Assembly: GCA_951406725.2 (NCBI GenBank)
Contig: OX597823.1
Span: 81,778,001-81,842,000 of the forward strand
Reading direction: 5' to 3'
DNA: 64,000 nt
From: Octopus vulgaris
Taxonomy: Eukaryota
The position numbers and the translations under genes are program-made. Below the pieces are notes generated by a model. That model did not search any database. It was not told the origin of the DNA and saw only the letters and a list, made by a program, of their open reading frames with translations. This document shows, piece after piece, positions 51,569 to 63,817 of the stretch (position 1 is the first letter of the stretch; every line of letters starts with the position of its first letter).

Positions 51569-53863
51569 TATCGAAACTCGTAGTTTTATCATGGCTACCG
51601 AATAATTGTCACATATTATATATATATATATATATATCACCGTGATCATCGTGACCGACCAGACCATCAGATGTTGCTACACATCGCTGGTCACAATGCG
51701 CTTCGCATTGTTTTTTTAGCCTTCAAATGACGCCACCCCACTGGCTAAGCGAGCAGGCCAACAGAAGAAAGAGTGAGAGAAAGTTGTGGCGAAAGAGTAC
51801 AGCAGGGATCGCCACCACCCCCTGCCGGTGCTTTAGGTGCTTTCGCTCAATAAACACTTACAAGGCCCGGTCTGGGAATCGAAACCGCGATCCTACGACC
51901 GCGAGTCCGCTGCCCTAACCACTGCCCTAACCATATATATATATATATATATATATTTATCAAACAAACTTGATGAGTGTCAATGCACGAAACACTCGGC
52001 CCTTCAGTCACTCTGATGCTCCTGCTATATATTCTGTTTTTTTCTTTTCTACTTTAGGCACAAGGCCCGAAATTTGGGGGGAGAGGGGCCAGTCAAGTAG
52101 ATCGACTTCAGTACGCAACTGGTACTTAATCTATCGACCCCCGAAAGGATGAAAGGCAAAGTCGACCTCGGCGGAATTTGAGCTCAGAACATATAGACAG
52201 ACGAAATTCCGCCAAGCATTTCGCTTCTGTTAAATATTAATAAAAAATATGCTTATAATAATATCTTAAGTTCTATTATTCCAGTTTGCATTACCATACC
52301 TGTATATGTGTGCGCGTTTGTGTGTGTATATACTATTGATTTATGACGACACTTTTACGTTTCTTTTCAAATAAACCGATTTTATGTGCATTGAGCTCGA
52401 TGAAGACAAATGTCTACAGCTATTATCTGGTTTAGTTTTGAGAATATTAGTTAAACCATAATTATCTCCCTCAGATTGTTCTTGGGACCCTTAAAGTAAA
52501 TGAGTACCGAATGTTATCGACACGACCAGTTTCTTTTTATCTTTTACTTGTTTCAGGTATTAGATTGCGGCCATGCTGGGGTATCGCCTTGATGAAATTT
52601 TAGCCGCATGAATAGACCCCGGCACTTACATTTTTTAAAGCCTGGAACAGAATTCTGGTTTACGTACCCCATATAACCCTTCATAACCTTTTTTTATGCT
52701 TTTGAATTTTCAGACAATTCTTGCGAATTTGTGTTCTACACTCGGGAATTCATACGATTGTATATATATATAAAAAAAAGTTTTTTAAAAAAATTCTTAA
52801 ACCCTTTTCCTCTATAAATCCTAAAAAATCCACTCTTTTTCGATTAAGAAAAAAAAAATCAGAGTTTAAAATACGGACAGTCAGAATGTTTTGCTTAAAT
52901 ACCAGCAGTGAACCACCCTTGGGTGCATCATCATTCCATTAAATGTGTTTATGGGGAGAAAAATATTGCAAAACATACATGTCAGAGTGGCAAAGAAACG
53001 AGGACTGCATGAGGTGGTCGTGGGATTTGCAAAAAGAAACCAAAATGACTCCAACTAAATCGCCCTTAAATCACTTTTGAAAATACTGATAGGGCACAAA
53101 TAGTATGTCAATAGCCAGATGGAGGAGATGTCTTCCTGGGGCTACAAGCTACAGTAGCATCATTTAGGTGGCAAATATACTTCACGATGTCTTGAGGCTA
53201 CTGTTTATACATCGCTCGGAGATTTATTATTACAAAAAGAAATGTTTTTGGCATAATCGAATCAATTTTGTTGTGTCTGGAGAGTCATTCTATTTTAATG
53301 ACTTATTAATTAACACTCTCACCGGTTCAATTTTCATTTATTTATTTATTTATTTATTTATTTATTATTCTAAAATTTTCGTTGCTTCTTGCAACCTCTT
53401 CAATAGTGGTTGACTTTGCTCGTTATCGGAGCTGTGCTCTTTTGGTTTGTGCGCAAGTGTGCACGTCAGTGTGTGGTGGAAGCACTCCGTCGGTTACGAC
53501 GACGAGGGTTCCGGTTGCTCGTGAAATTAACGTGTAAGTGGCTGAGCACTCCACAGACACGTGTACCCTTAACGTAGTTCTCGGGGATATTCAGCGTGAC
53601 ACAGAGAGTGACAAGGCCGGCCCTTTGAAAATACAGGTACAACAGAAACAGGAATTAAGAGTGAGAGAAAGTTGTGGTGAAAGAGTACAGCAGGGATCAC
53701 CACCATCCTCTGCCGGAGCCTCGTGGAGCTTTAGGTGTTTTCGCTCAATAAACACTCACAACGTCCGGTCTGGGAATCGAAACCGCGATCCTATGACCGC
53801 GAGTCCGCTGCCTTAACCACTGGGCCATTGCGCCTCCGCGCGTCAGTGTGCATGTGTATACAC

Positions 53864-53894
<31 letters not shown>

Positions 53895-54147
53895 TGTATG
53901 TATACGTATGCGTGTGTCTACGTTTGTATGTATTATGCATATTCAGGTGTTTGTGTGTGCCTGTTTGTATGTATGTGCGTGTGCATGTATGTTTGTGTGT
54001 GAGCCTGCGTGTGTGTTTGTGCGTTTACCTCCGTCTCCTTGTGTATGCGTGTTTGAGTGTGCCTATGTGTATGGCTTTATGTGACTGTACGTGCGTCAGT
54101 TACGAATGGATGTGTCTCCATATGTATGTGTCCTTGTTTGAGTGTGG

Positions 54148-54199
<52 letters not shown>

Positions 54200-54871
54200 G
54201 TCATGTGTTTCCGTCTCCTGTTTTCTATGTATGTGTGTGTGCACGCGCTTGTCAGTCCGTATTGTCTATGTCCCTATCTATCTACTCATCTATCTATTTA
54301 CCTGTTTATCTACGAATGAATTTCCTTGTGTAAAACACAAATTTGCAAAAAAATTTTTTAAATTCCAAAAAAATAAATAAGTTATGAAGTGTTATATGGA
54401 GTACTTAAACCAAAATTCCGCCAAGCCAAGTACTTATTCTATCGGTCTCTTTTACCGAAGCGCTAGGCCCGATTTTTTTTTCTTAAATAGTAATTCATAT
54501 ACATTTATTGTTGCAACATAACTATTCCACATTAAAATACAAATTCAAAACAGAAGAGAATATAAATCATGAGCGAAGAAAGAAAAAAATGGAAAAAGAA
54601 GGACATTGCACCAATCTGTTGCACACGATAAGGGGTCACGGAACTTACTGAAGTAAGCCGACACGTTCGCGGTATTACCGCAGGCGATGGCGAAGAATTC
54701 CATCTTCCGTCGATCATACAAACAAACAATTTAGTGGAGTCAAATAATACTATCCTTGTTTTCCTGCTTCCATATTTCCTAAGCGCCTATTAATAATAAT
54801 ACTGTAATTGTTCCACTGTTGTTGTTTTTTTGTTTTCCCGTTTGGATTAAAATTATATATATATATATATT

Positions 54872-55180
54872 CTTTACTCTTTACTTTTTCACTTGTTTCA
54901 GCCATTTGACTGCGGCCATGCAAATCGACCCTGGGACCTATTCTTTGTAAGCCTAGTACTTATGCTATCGGTCTCTTTTGCCGAACCGCTAAGTTACGGG
55001 GACGTAAACAACACTAGTATCGGTTGTCAAGCGATGTTGGGGGGGGACAAACACACACACATTAACACACACACACGCATATATATATACGACGGGCTTC
55101 TTTCAGTTTCCGTCTACCAAATCCACTCACAAGGCTTTGGTCGACCCAAGGCTATAGTAGAAGACACTTGCCCAAGGTGT
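54872..55180 (-). mobile_element. CORE-like tRNA SINE (5' truncated)
   Basis: Family body and tail on the minus strand. Confidence 0.8.
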
Positions 55181-55460
55181 CAGATGATTGTATTGTTTCT
55201 TTAGGATTTTTTTGGAGGTGTCGGTTCGATTCTCATAAACACTCCCATGTGTTAATTACCTTCGTATATGTTTGCTGTTTGCATTTTTCGACTGAAATAC
55301 AAAAAGATTAGCAATGATATTCGAATTATAAAATAAAATAGTTTACTGAATGAAGTAACTAATATCAATTTACTATATGTGTATATTAGATTACACTCCG
55401 TAAACTTTGTTTATTCGACCAGTATATAAATATACTTTGACGTAAGTCAAATCAGCCGAA

Positions 55461-55678
55461 GGTAAAATTACAGATTAACATCCGCACGATTTTCACTAAA
55501 AAAAAAAAAAAATCAGAGTTCTTTTTTGTGTGGAAATTCCCCATCCGGACCAATTCCGAATCAAAATATGGGATTTCCAGCATATTAGGTCAGGGTACTT
55601 GATTCCACGCAAAAAATCAGAGTTTTTTTTTCTTTTTTCTTAGTGAAAATCGTGCGGGTGTTAATCTGTAATTTTACC
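55461..55678. mobile_element. MITE with GG termini and perfect 8-bp TSD (Merlin-like)
   Basis: TIRs GGTAAAATTACAGATTAACATCCGCACGATTTTCACTAA / TTAGTGAAAATCGTGCGGGTGTTAATCTGTAATTTTACC. CAGCCGAA at 55453-60 and 55679-86. Confidence 0.85.
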
Positions 55679-56003
55679 CAGCCGAAAACAATAACTAATA
55701 AAAAACGAGAAATTCAACGCAATACCAGGTTATCGCATTGTCGTGTAAACTATTATAATGTATGGGAAGAATGTTGCTCTAGACACGATAGTACTGAACG
55801 GGGACGACGTTGTGTCACTCTATTATTACAATAGCTACAACAGAATAAGGCTAATACGGGGGTGTAAATAGTATCATGTAGTAGCAATAGATAAAACGAT
55901 AAGCGCAGTAGTCAGTGAACATCATGTCATAGAAAGAGCATGGCAGTAGAAAGAGAGCAACACTTTTAATAAAACTTTATGTACTGACTCTTGCCAGCAG
56001 CAC

Positions 56004-56075
56004 TCCCATGTGGTCTAGTGGTTAGGATTCCTGGCTTTCACCCAGGCGGCCCGGGTTCGATTCCCGGCATGGGAA
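56004..56075 (+). tRNA. tRNA-Glu (anticodon TTC)
   Basis: 72-nt cloverleaf TCCCATG...CATGGGAA, anticodon arm CCTGG-CTTTCAC-CCAGG, A and B boxes, downstream T-run. Confidence 0.97.
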
Positions 56076-56579
56076 CGCTATACTTTTTTTTTTATTTTTA
56101 TTTAGTTTGAAGGTAGTATATTAAAGTTTCTAACTTTAGATTTAATTTCACCCCTTTCCTACAAGGCTTAAAAAAAAAAAAAATTCCCCCCTACTATATA
56201 ATATAGTTGTTACATTCGCTTCTGTTCTTGGGAATCGGGTAGCTGCATGATAACAATCTTTTGTTTGCCAACCATGTGGTTCTGGTTTCAGTCCCACTGC
56301 GTGATACCTTGTGCACATATATCTTCTACTATAGTCTCGGGCCAGCCAAAGCATTGTGAGTGGATTTGGTAGACGGAAACTGGAAGAAGTTCCTCATATA
56401 TACATATATATATATACGCTGACATGGAATCAACGTTGAACCCTTTATTCGCAATATTACCGAATCTGGAACCTAACTATGGTCTGTCTATAGCACTTAT
56501 TCAGCATTACCTGACACCTTTGGGTCACAATGACACCATTATCTCTCTTACATATATATATACACACACACACATAAGT

Positions 56580-56912
56580 GATGGGAAGAGTCCAGGTGTT
56601 CTTATCGTTTGTTCCTGGGTAAGAGAAAGGTGCCTCATCTGAGACCCTACAATTTGTGACTTCTTTGCTCCCTCTCACATCCTGGATACTGGGGTAAATA
56701 GGAGGGTTACTGTTTCAGTAGTCAGACGAATCAAGATCCTTATGTATCGGAGCCTATGAGTGAACCATTTCTTCCAGCCTGTTGCATTTGAGACGGGCCG
56801 CTAACAGCGAAGCTCTTGTCATCTTTGGCGGGTCGCCTTACCGAGGTATCAGGTGAAGTCAGTGAAGGTGCTTCACTGCTCCAACACCTTAGCCTCGCCA
56901 TTGTCCGTGTTG
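56580..56912 (+). mobile_element. CRE-clade-like non-LTR retrotransposon relic (restriction-like endonuclease domain)
   Basis: DGKSPGVLIVCSWVRERCLI*DPTICDFFAPSH...K..MY.SL*..HFFQPVAFETG...LAGRLTEVSGE..EGASLLQHLSLAIVR resembles DGKRPDG..PW..G..L.WD.T..D..A.S...F.P.A.ET.G...L.QR.S.A..RG. Confidence 0.7.
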
Positions 56913-57517
56913 GCTTGCTTCCGCAGGTTCCGTTGAACTTTGTGGTGTGCGACCGATTGAAGCACTTGATGTTGAATTGATGTGGTTTTTTTTCTTTTTT
57001 TTTTTTGTTCTTCCTTTTCGTTTTCGTTTCTCCCGGTTTTGGATTTGTATTTTTAATATGGTTTTGTATTAAAGGAGCACTCCGTCGGTTATGATGACGA
57101 GGGTCCCAGCTGATATGATCAACAGAACAGCTTGCTTGTGAAATTAACGTGCAAGTAGCTGAGCACTCCACATACATGTACGCCCTTAACGTGGTTCTCA
57201 GAGAGATTCAGCGTGACACAGAGTGTGACAAAGTCGGCCCTTTGAAATACAGATACTACTCATTTTTGCCAGCTGGATGGACTGGAGCAACATGAAATAA
57301 AGCGTCTTGCTTAAGGACACAACGCGTCGCCTGGAATTGAACTCACAACATTTCAATCGCGAGCAGAATGCCCTAACCACTAAGCCACGCGCTTTCACGG
57401 TTTCGTATTGTATAAGCATTTTGCCCGGAGTGGTGATGATTCTGCCAGCTCACCAACATTTTTAGGGCTCCAAGTAGTTGAGAATCAGGAAGATTAACAT
57501 CTTGCCGTTAATTTTTG

Positions 57518-58038
<521 letters not shown>

Positions 58039-58174
58039 AAGATATGACAAACTGAAAGAGAGAACAACATTTTGATTAAGGTTAACCAGAGGAGAACGAG
58101 TAGAGTGGTGGCGCTGATGGAGTGGATGTCAAACTTAAATGAAATATGCTGTATTAAAAGGTCACTTTACTGTG

Positions 58175-58245
58175 AAAGCGGTCGTGAACCGAACCAGAGC
58201 TGCCTGGGAGACAACTAACGGATCCTAACCATAAAGCACATGGGA
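58175..58245 (-). pseudogene. Decayed tRNA-Glu copy
   Basis: Plus strand GAACCGAACCAGAGCTGCCTGGGAGACAAC...GATCCTAACCATAAAGCACATGGGA aligns with the reverse complement of tRNA-Glu. Anticodon arm and 3' acceptor strand are destroyed. Confidence 0.7.
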
Positions 58246-58567
58246 ACACTGAGTGCTGCACTCAATAGTTATGTCTTTATCAAATGTTTTCTTGATTAAG
58301 TGATAAAAAAAATACGGTATAATATTAAAAAAAAAATTAATTCGTAATAGGTTATAAAACGGTATAATAATTTCTTTTTAATTAATTCGTAATTTCTTCA
58401 AATAATCTTTTTTCTTTGTGTCACAATCGCTGCCAGGAGTTAGTTTTCTTTGTCGACGAGGTAGATTTTTATTATTTAAAAAATTTACTTTTATTACGGC
58501 ATGAATAAGGTAAATTCATGAATAACTTAAAATAAATTTAACATAATTCATTTCAAAATAGAAAGCG

Positions 58568-58639
58568 TTCCCATGCCGGGAATCGAACCCGGGCCGCCTG
58601 GGTGAAAGCCAGGAATCCTAACCACTAGACCACATGGGA
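58568..58639 (-). tRNA. tRNA-Glu (TTC)
   Basis: Exact reverse complement of 56004-56075. Confidence 0.97.
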
Positions 58640-59156
58640 GTGCTACTTTGTATCTGCATTACATATACCTTTATCATAAGTAAGTCTTTTTTTGTCAGTC
58701 GATGTCATTGCTGCTGGCTGCTTTTACGTTATCTTCGTTGATTAAGTGAGACATTTCGCCTCCTCTCTCTCTCTCTCACCTCCCTTCTCTCTTGTCAATC
58801 CTCTCTCGCCTCACTGCTCTCTCTCCTTCCCTCTCTCTCGCCTCCCCTGTCTTTTGCCTCCCCTCTCTCTTGCCTTCCTCTCTCTCTCGTTTCCCATCTC
58901 GCTTGCCTCCCCTCTCTCACGCCTCACGCCTACACGATGAAAATCCTAAGCGACTTTAAACTTATTAAATATTCCGATATCTCGATATCCTCCAAAGATT
59001 ATAAATAAGATCCATGCATCTGGAATTAAGCAACACAAACCCAGAATAGAAAAGCAAGTAAAATACAAAATAAGAAACAAAAATAAATCAAAATAAAATA
59101 AAAACAACATAATGTGTCCTCGTGGGTCTTCTTTCAGTTTTCGCCAACCAAATCCA

Positions 59157-59685
59157 CATACATACATACATACATACTGGCTGCTCCCTCGTTATCGAGT
59201 ATGGCCTTTGCACGAAGCTTAACTGTTATTGGTGCTGTGATCGAATGTGACTTTTTAGCCCAGCTAAAGAACTACAATGTCTTGTACAGAATTGGCAGCT
59301 AAAACCTTTACCGGTAATAGCCGGCTGTAGTTGTAACTGGGCTTCATGTACCTTCGCATGTCGTTTAAGTCCACCTGCCGAATTACACTCTCTTCCACAT
59401 GCCTGACAGATATGATTAGTATGGTGTGTTACACCACCACCAGTGGCCAGGTTGTCACTCATCTGCCTCGCTTTATAACTACGAAGATGACTCTTGAGTC
59501 CAGCTTTATTGAGGCAGGGTCTTGCACAGACACTGCATGTCAGCATCATATGAAGACCCTTCCCATTTGGAAGTGTACCAGTGATGCCCTTCCTGACATC
59601 CCTCCTAACTTTCTCATGCGCAACTCGAGATTTCTCGAAAGTAGCTGTCCCCTCGTGCACAATCCTCATGCCTCCTTGTTCGCTT
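59157..59685 (-). mobile_element. 3' end of an RTE-like LINE with three C2H2 fingers and (TATG)n tail, copy 1
   Basis: V.EG...FE..R....VRR..RK then CSVC..SHLRSY, CQAC..RHAKVH, CQFC..SHIRSQH; stop at 59226; short UTR and microsatellite tail. Confidence 0.75.
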
Positions 59686-60055
59686 GACAACCTGTGTTGG
59701 TGTGTTTACGTCCCCTAGGTTAGCTATTCGGAATAAGTGATCGATAGAATAAGTACCAGTCTAAAAAAAAAAAAAAGAAAAGAAATTAGTTCTAGGGGCG
59801 ATTCGTTCGACTAACGTTTTTCAACGTGGATCCCCAGTCTGATCGCATGCTGAAAACTGAAACAAGTAAAATATAAAGGATAAAACATGATTTAAAAGTC
59901 ATTTGACCTGCTGGATACCGCACCCAAATTTCTCTCTAATCAAATCCGTTTTAAAAATGAAAGAAATTCTAAATAATTACTCAAGCTACTTTCAAGAATG
60001 AAGGTAAATGTATTTCCTACTGCATCTTTATAATAATACCAATAAAAAGTGAATA

Positions 60056-60127
60056 TTCCCATGCCGGGAATCGAACCCGGGCCGCCTGGGTGAAAGCCAG
60101 GAATCCTAACCACTAGACCACATGGGA
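60056..60127 (-). tRNA. tRNA-Glu (TTC)
   Basis: Identical 72-nt sequence with a T-run downstream. Confidence 0.97.
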
Positions 60128-60652
60128 CTTCTGCATTCATGATTCACCACTGATGTCTTCATCAAAAGTATTTCTCTTTCATCAGTAGTTGTCATTGTTG
60201 CTAGTACATTATTTTCATTTATGAAGTTAGACATGTAGAATAAAGGGTCTTGCTTAGGAGTGAAAATAAAATTGTGAAACATAGGTGAAGTCATAAAGTA
60301 GGAGTTAATTTTGAGAAATGTATGCACCTAGACCTAACTGGCAAACTCCATTTTGTGGGTTCACATTTGTCCTTGGGTTTACTTCACTTTCAAAGGGAAA
60401 ACCCACTTTACACAACTTTGGGCAGAATTGAGGTTTAAGCGCCCCTATATAAACTCTCAAAAACCTTTTAATTTAAAAAAAATTCACAAAACTTTAAAAA
60501 TTTATGTTCTACACACAAAAATTCATACGATTATGCAAATAAAATTTTAAAAGATTTCAATGTGCTGAAAACGACAGTTAAATCTCTCTTAAATCACACA
60601 CCGGGGGAGGGTATGAATTCGCATAACTCATATCTTTCTAAAAGAAAACACA

Positions 60653-60724
60653 TTCTCATGCCGGGAATCGAACCCGGGCCGCCTGGGTGAAAGCCAGGAA
60701 TCCTAACCACTAGACCACATGGGA
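60653..60724 (-). tRNA. tRNA-Glu (TTC), acceptor-stem variant (C3:A70 mismatch)
   Basis: 3' end reads CATGAGAA instead of CATGGGAA; otherwise identical. Confidence 0.85.
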
Positions 60725-61444
60725 TTGCTGAAAGGCTGGCCTTCTAATATAAATATCTATTTGGTTTTCTGATCGTTATATCTTTATGAAAAGTGTATCA
60801 CTTTATCTGCAGTTGTCCTTGCTAGTACATTATCTTCAATTACGAATTCAAACATGTAGAATAAAAGTGTCTTCTCCAGAAACAAACACGAAAATGTACA
60901 ACATATATACCGTCATAAACTATGAGTAAATAATGAGGAGTGAGTCGAGTAAATTATCTGAGATTATGCATTTATCTGTTTCGTATCTGACATTTTAATG
61001 TGCCTTAAAATAAGAATAAACCTTTCTGCTATAGGCACAAACGCTGACATTTTTATGGAGGTGACTAGTCGATTACATCGACCCCCGAGACGGATAAGAA
61101 GTAAAGTCAACCTCAGTGGAATTTGAACCATCCTCCGTGCTGACGATTCTGCTAGCTGAACCACCTTTAAAAATAATCATCCTTTCTACAATATGAACAA
61201 AGCCTGAAATTTTGAGGGATTAAATCGTTGGATCTTTTCTGTTTGGATCACACTTTTAAATTCCTTTCATTTTGCTTCAATTGATTTCAAATTTGGTGTA
61301 TTGATGTAGTTTTGTATGCTAATTATGTAAATGAAATTCTTTTTCTTCCATGAATTAATAAATGAAAGTTGGCAAATTTTTGGAAATTTTAGCCAGTCGA
61401 AAGCCACAGACATATTGGTACCTGTTTCTGTAATAACAAGCCAA

Positions 61445-61873
61445 GGTATAGTCTACTAACTGAGAAAGAGTGCTACCTGATCAGTGGTTTTCGGAGGAGT
61501 GTGTCGCAAGACCAGACATGTTTTTCTTTATGCGGTGCCATGTCGGATCGTGATACACTGGAGGAATGCATACATCAGTCGATTCTTCCAGGAATTACAA
61601 TTTTCAGTGACTTGTGTGGGGGGCAAGGAGAGTTATAACTTTCGACATAGAACAGTGGATCACGGCTCTTAGTTTATTAACTCGAAAGATGGTTCTCACA
61701 CGCAACAAGTAGAAAGATCATGGTTCTCTGTAAAACGAAATAACAAACGATGCTGAGGCAGCCACCGTTCTATGGTTGACTCGTATCTCTGCGAGTTTAT
61801 TTGACACATGAGGTACGAACATTGTAATTTGTTTGACAAACTCCTAGAGTGCATCGCAGACTTCCGTTTTTGA
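61445..61873 (+). mobile_element. Merlin / IS1595-like DDE transposase relic
   Basis: VFGGVCRKTRHVFLYAVPCR...HRTVDHGS*FINSKDGSHTQQVERSWFSVK...VDSYLCEFI*...FDKLLECIA matches WVFGG...H.TVNHS..FV...G.HTQ.IE..W...YL.EF.W. Confidence 0.8.
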
Positions 61874-61902
61874 ATTTTCGCTACAAAAGATGTATTAATT
61901 AT

Positions 61903-62091
61903 CACTCTTTTACTTGTTTCAGTTATTTAGCTGTGGCCATGCTGGAGCACCGCCTTTAGTCGAGTAAATCGACCCCAGGACTTATTCTTTGTAAGCCTAG
62001 TACTTATTCTATCGGTCTGTTTTACCGAACCGCTAAGTTACGAAGACGTAAACACACCACCATCGGTTGTCAAGCGATTTTAGGGGCCAAA
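61903..62091 (-). mobile_element. 3' half of a CORE-like SINE, cut at the duplication junction
   Basis: Family tail on the minus strand ends abruptly at 62091. Confidence 0.75.
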
Positions 62092-62273
62092 CACTGTCAA
62101 ATGACTGAAACAAAGTAAAAGAGTGAAGAGAGAGTAAAGATATGACAAACTGAAAGAGAGAACAACATTTTGATTAAGGTTAACCAGAGGAGATCGAGTA
62201 GAGTGGTGGCGCTGATGGAGTGGATGTCAAACTTAAATGAAATATGCTGTATTAAAAGGTCACTTTACTGTGA

Positions 62274-62343
62274 AAGCGGTCGTGAACCGAACCAGAGCTG
62301 CCTGGAAGACAGCTAACGGATCCTAACCATAAACCACATGGGA
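62274..62343 (-). pseudogene. Decayed tRNA-Glu copy (duplicate of 58175-58245)
   Basis: GAACCGAACCAGAGCTGCCTGGAAGACAGC...GATCCTAACCATAAACCACATGGGA. Confidence 0.7.
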
Positions 62344-62668
62344 ACACTGAGTGCTGCATCCAATAGTTATGTCTTTATCAAACGTTTTCTTGATTAAGTG
62401 ATAAAAAAAATACGGTATAATACTAAAAAAAAAACTTAATTCGTAATAGGTTATAAAACGGTATAATAATTTTTTAAAAAATTAATTCGTAATTTCTTCA
62501 AATAATTCTTTTTCTTTGTGTCACAATCACTGCTAGGATTTTGTTTTCTATGTCCAAGAGGTAGATTTTAATTACTTAAGAAATTTACTTTTATTACGGC
62601 ATGAATAAGTTAAATTCACGAATTACTTAAAATAAATTTAACATAATTTATTACAAAAAAAGAATGCG

Positions 62669-62740
62669 TTCCCATGCCAGGAATCGAACCCGGGCCGCCT
62701 GGGTGAAAGCCAGGAATCCTAACCACTAGACCACATGGGA
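62669..62740 (-). tRNA. tRNA-Glu (TTC), T-stem variant (G51:U63 wobble)
   Basis: TTCGATTCCTGG instead of TTCGATTCCCGG; otherwise identical. Confidence 0.93.
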
Positions 62741-63288
62741 GTGCTCCTTTGTATCTGCATTACATATACCTTTATCATAAGTAAGTCTTTTTTTGTCAAT
62801 CGATGTCATTGCTGCTGGCTGCTTTTACGTTATCTTCGTTGATTAAGTGAGACATTTCGCCTCCTCTCTCTCTCACTTCCCCTCTCTCTTGCCAATCCTC
62901 TCTCGCCTCACCGCTCTCTCGCCTTCCCTCTCTCTCGCCTTCCCTGTCTCTTGCCTCCCGTCTCCTTCGCCTCCCTTCTCTCTCACCTCCTCTCACTCTC
63001 GTCTCCTCTCTCTCTCTCTCGTTTCCCATCTCTCTCGCTTCACGCCTCTCACGCCTCACGCCTACACGATGAAAATCCTAAGCGACTTTAAACTTATTAA
63101 ATATTCGGATATCTCGATATCCTCCAAAGATTATAAATAAGATCCATGCATCTGGAATTAACCAACACAAACCCAGAATAGAAAAGCAAGTAAAATACAA
63201 AATAAGAAACAAAAATAAATCAAAATAAAATAAAAACAACATAATGTGTCCTCGTGGGTCTTCTTTCAGTTTTCGCCAACCAAATCCA

Positions 63289-63817
63289 CATACATACATA
63301 CATACATACTGGCTGCTCCCTCGTTATCGAGTATGGCCTTTGCACGAAGCTTAACTGTTATTGGTGCTGTGATCGAATGTGACTTTTTAGCCCAGCTAAA
63401 GAACTACAATGTCTTGTACAGAATTGGCAGCTAAAACCTTTACCGGTAATAGCCGGCTGTAGTTGTAACTGGGCTTCATGTACCTTCGCATGTCGTTTAA
63501 GTCCACCTGCCAAATTACACTCTCTTCCACATGCCTGACAGATATGATTAGTATGGTGTGTTACACCACCACCAGTGGCCAGGTTGTCACTCATCTGCCT
63601 CGCTTTATGACTACGAAGATGACTCTTGAGTCCAGCTTTACTGAGGCAGGGTCTTGCACAGACACTGCATGTCAGCATCATATGAAGACCCTTCCCATTT
63701 GGAAGTGTACCAGTGATGCCCTTCCTGACATCCCTCCTAACTTTCTCATGCGCAACTCGAGATTTCTCGAAAGTAGCTGTCCCCTCGTGCACAATCCTCA
63801 TGCCTCCTTGTTCGCTT
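63289..63817 (-). mobile_element. 3' end of an RTE-like LINE with three C2H2 fingers, copy 2
   Basis: Duplicate of 59157-59685; finger 1 keeps its second His (SHLRSH). Confidence 0.75.

Noticed and set aside
55200-55255. B-box-like GGTTCGATTC and TCCCATGTG near the tRNA cluster as another pseudo-tRNA
   Set aside because: The pieces are not in tRNA order and are too short to support a call.
59226-59690. Host C2H2 zinc-finger gene
   Set aside because: No ATG start (frame begins in SINE sequence), no TGEKP linkers, LINE-type upstream motif and microsatellite tail; treated as a retroelement end.
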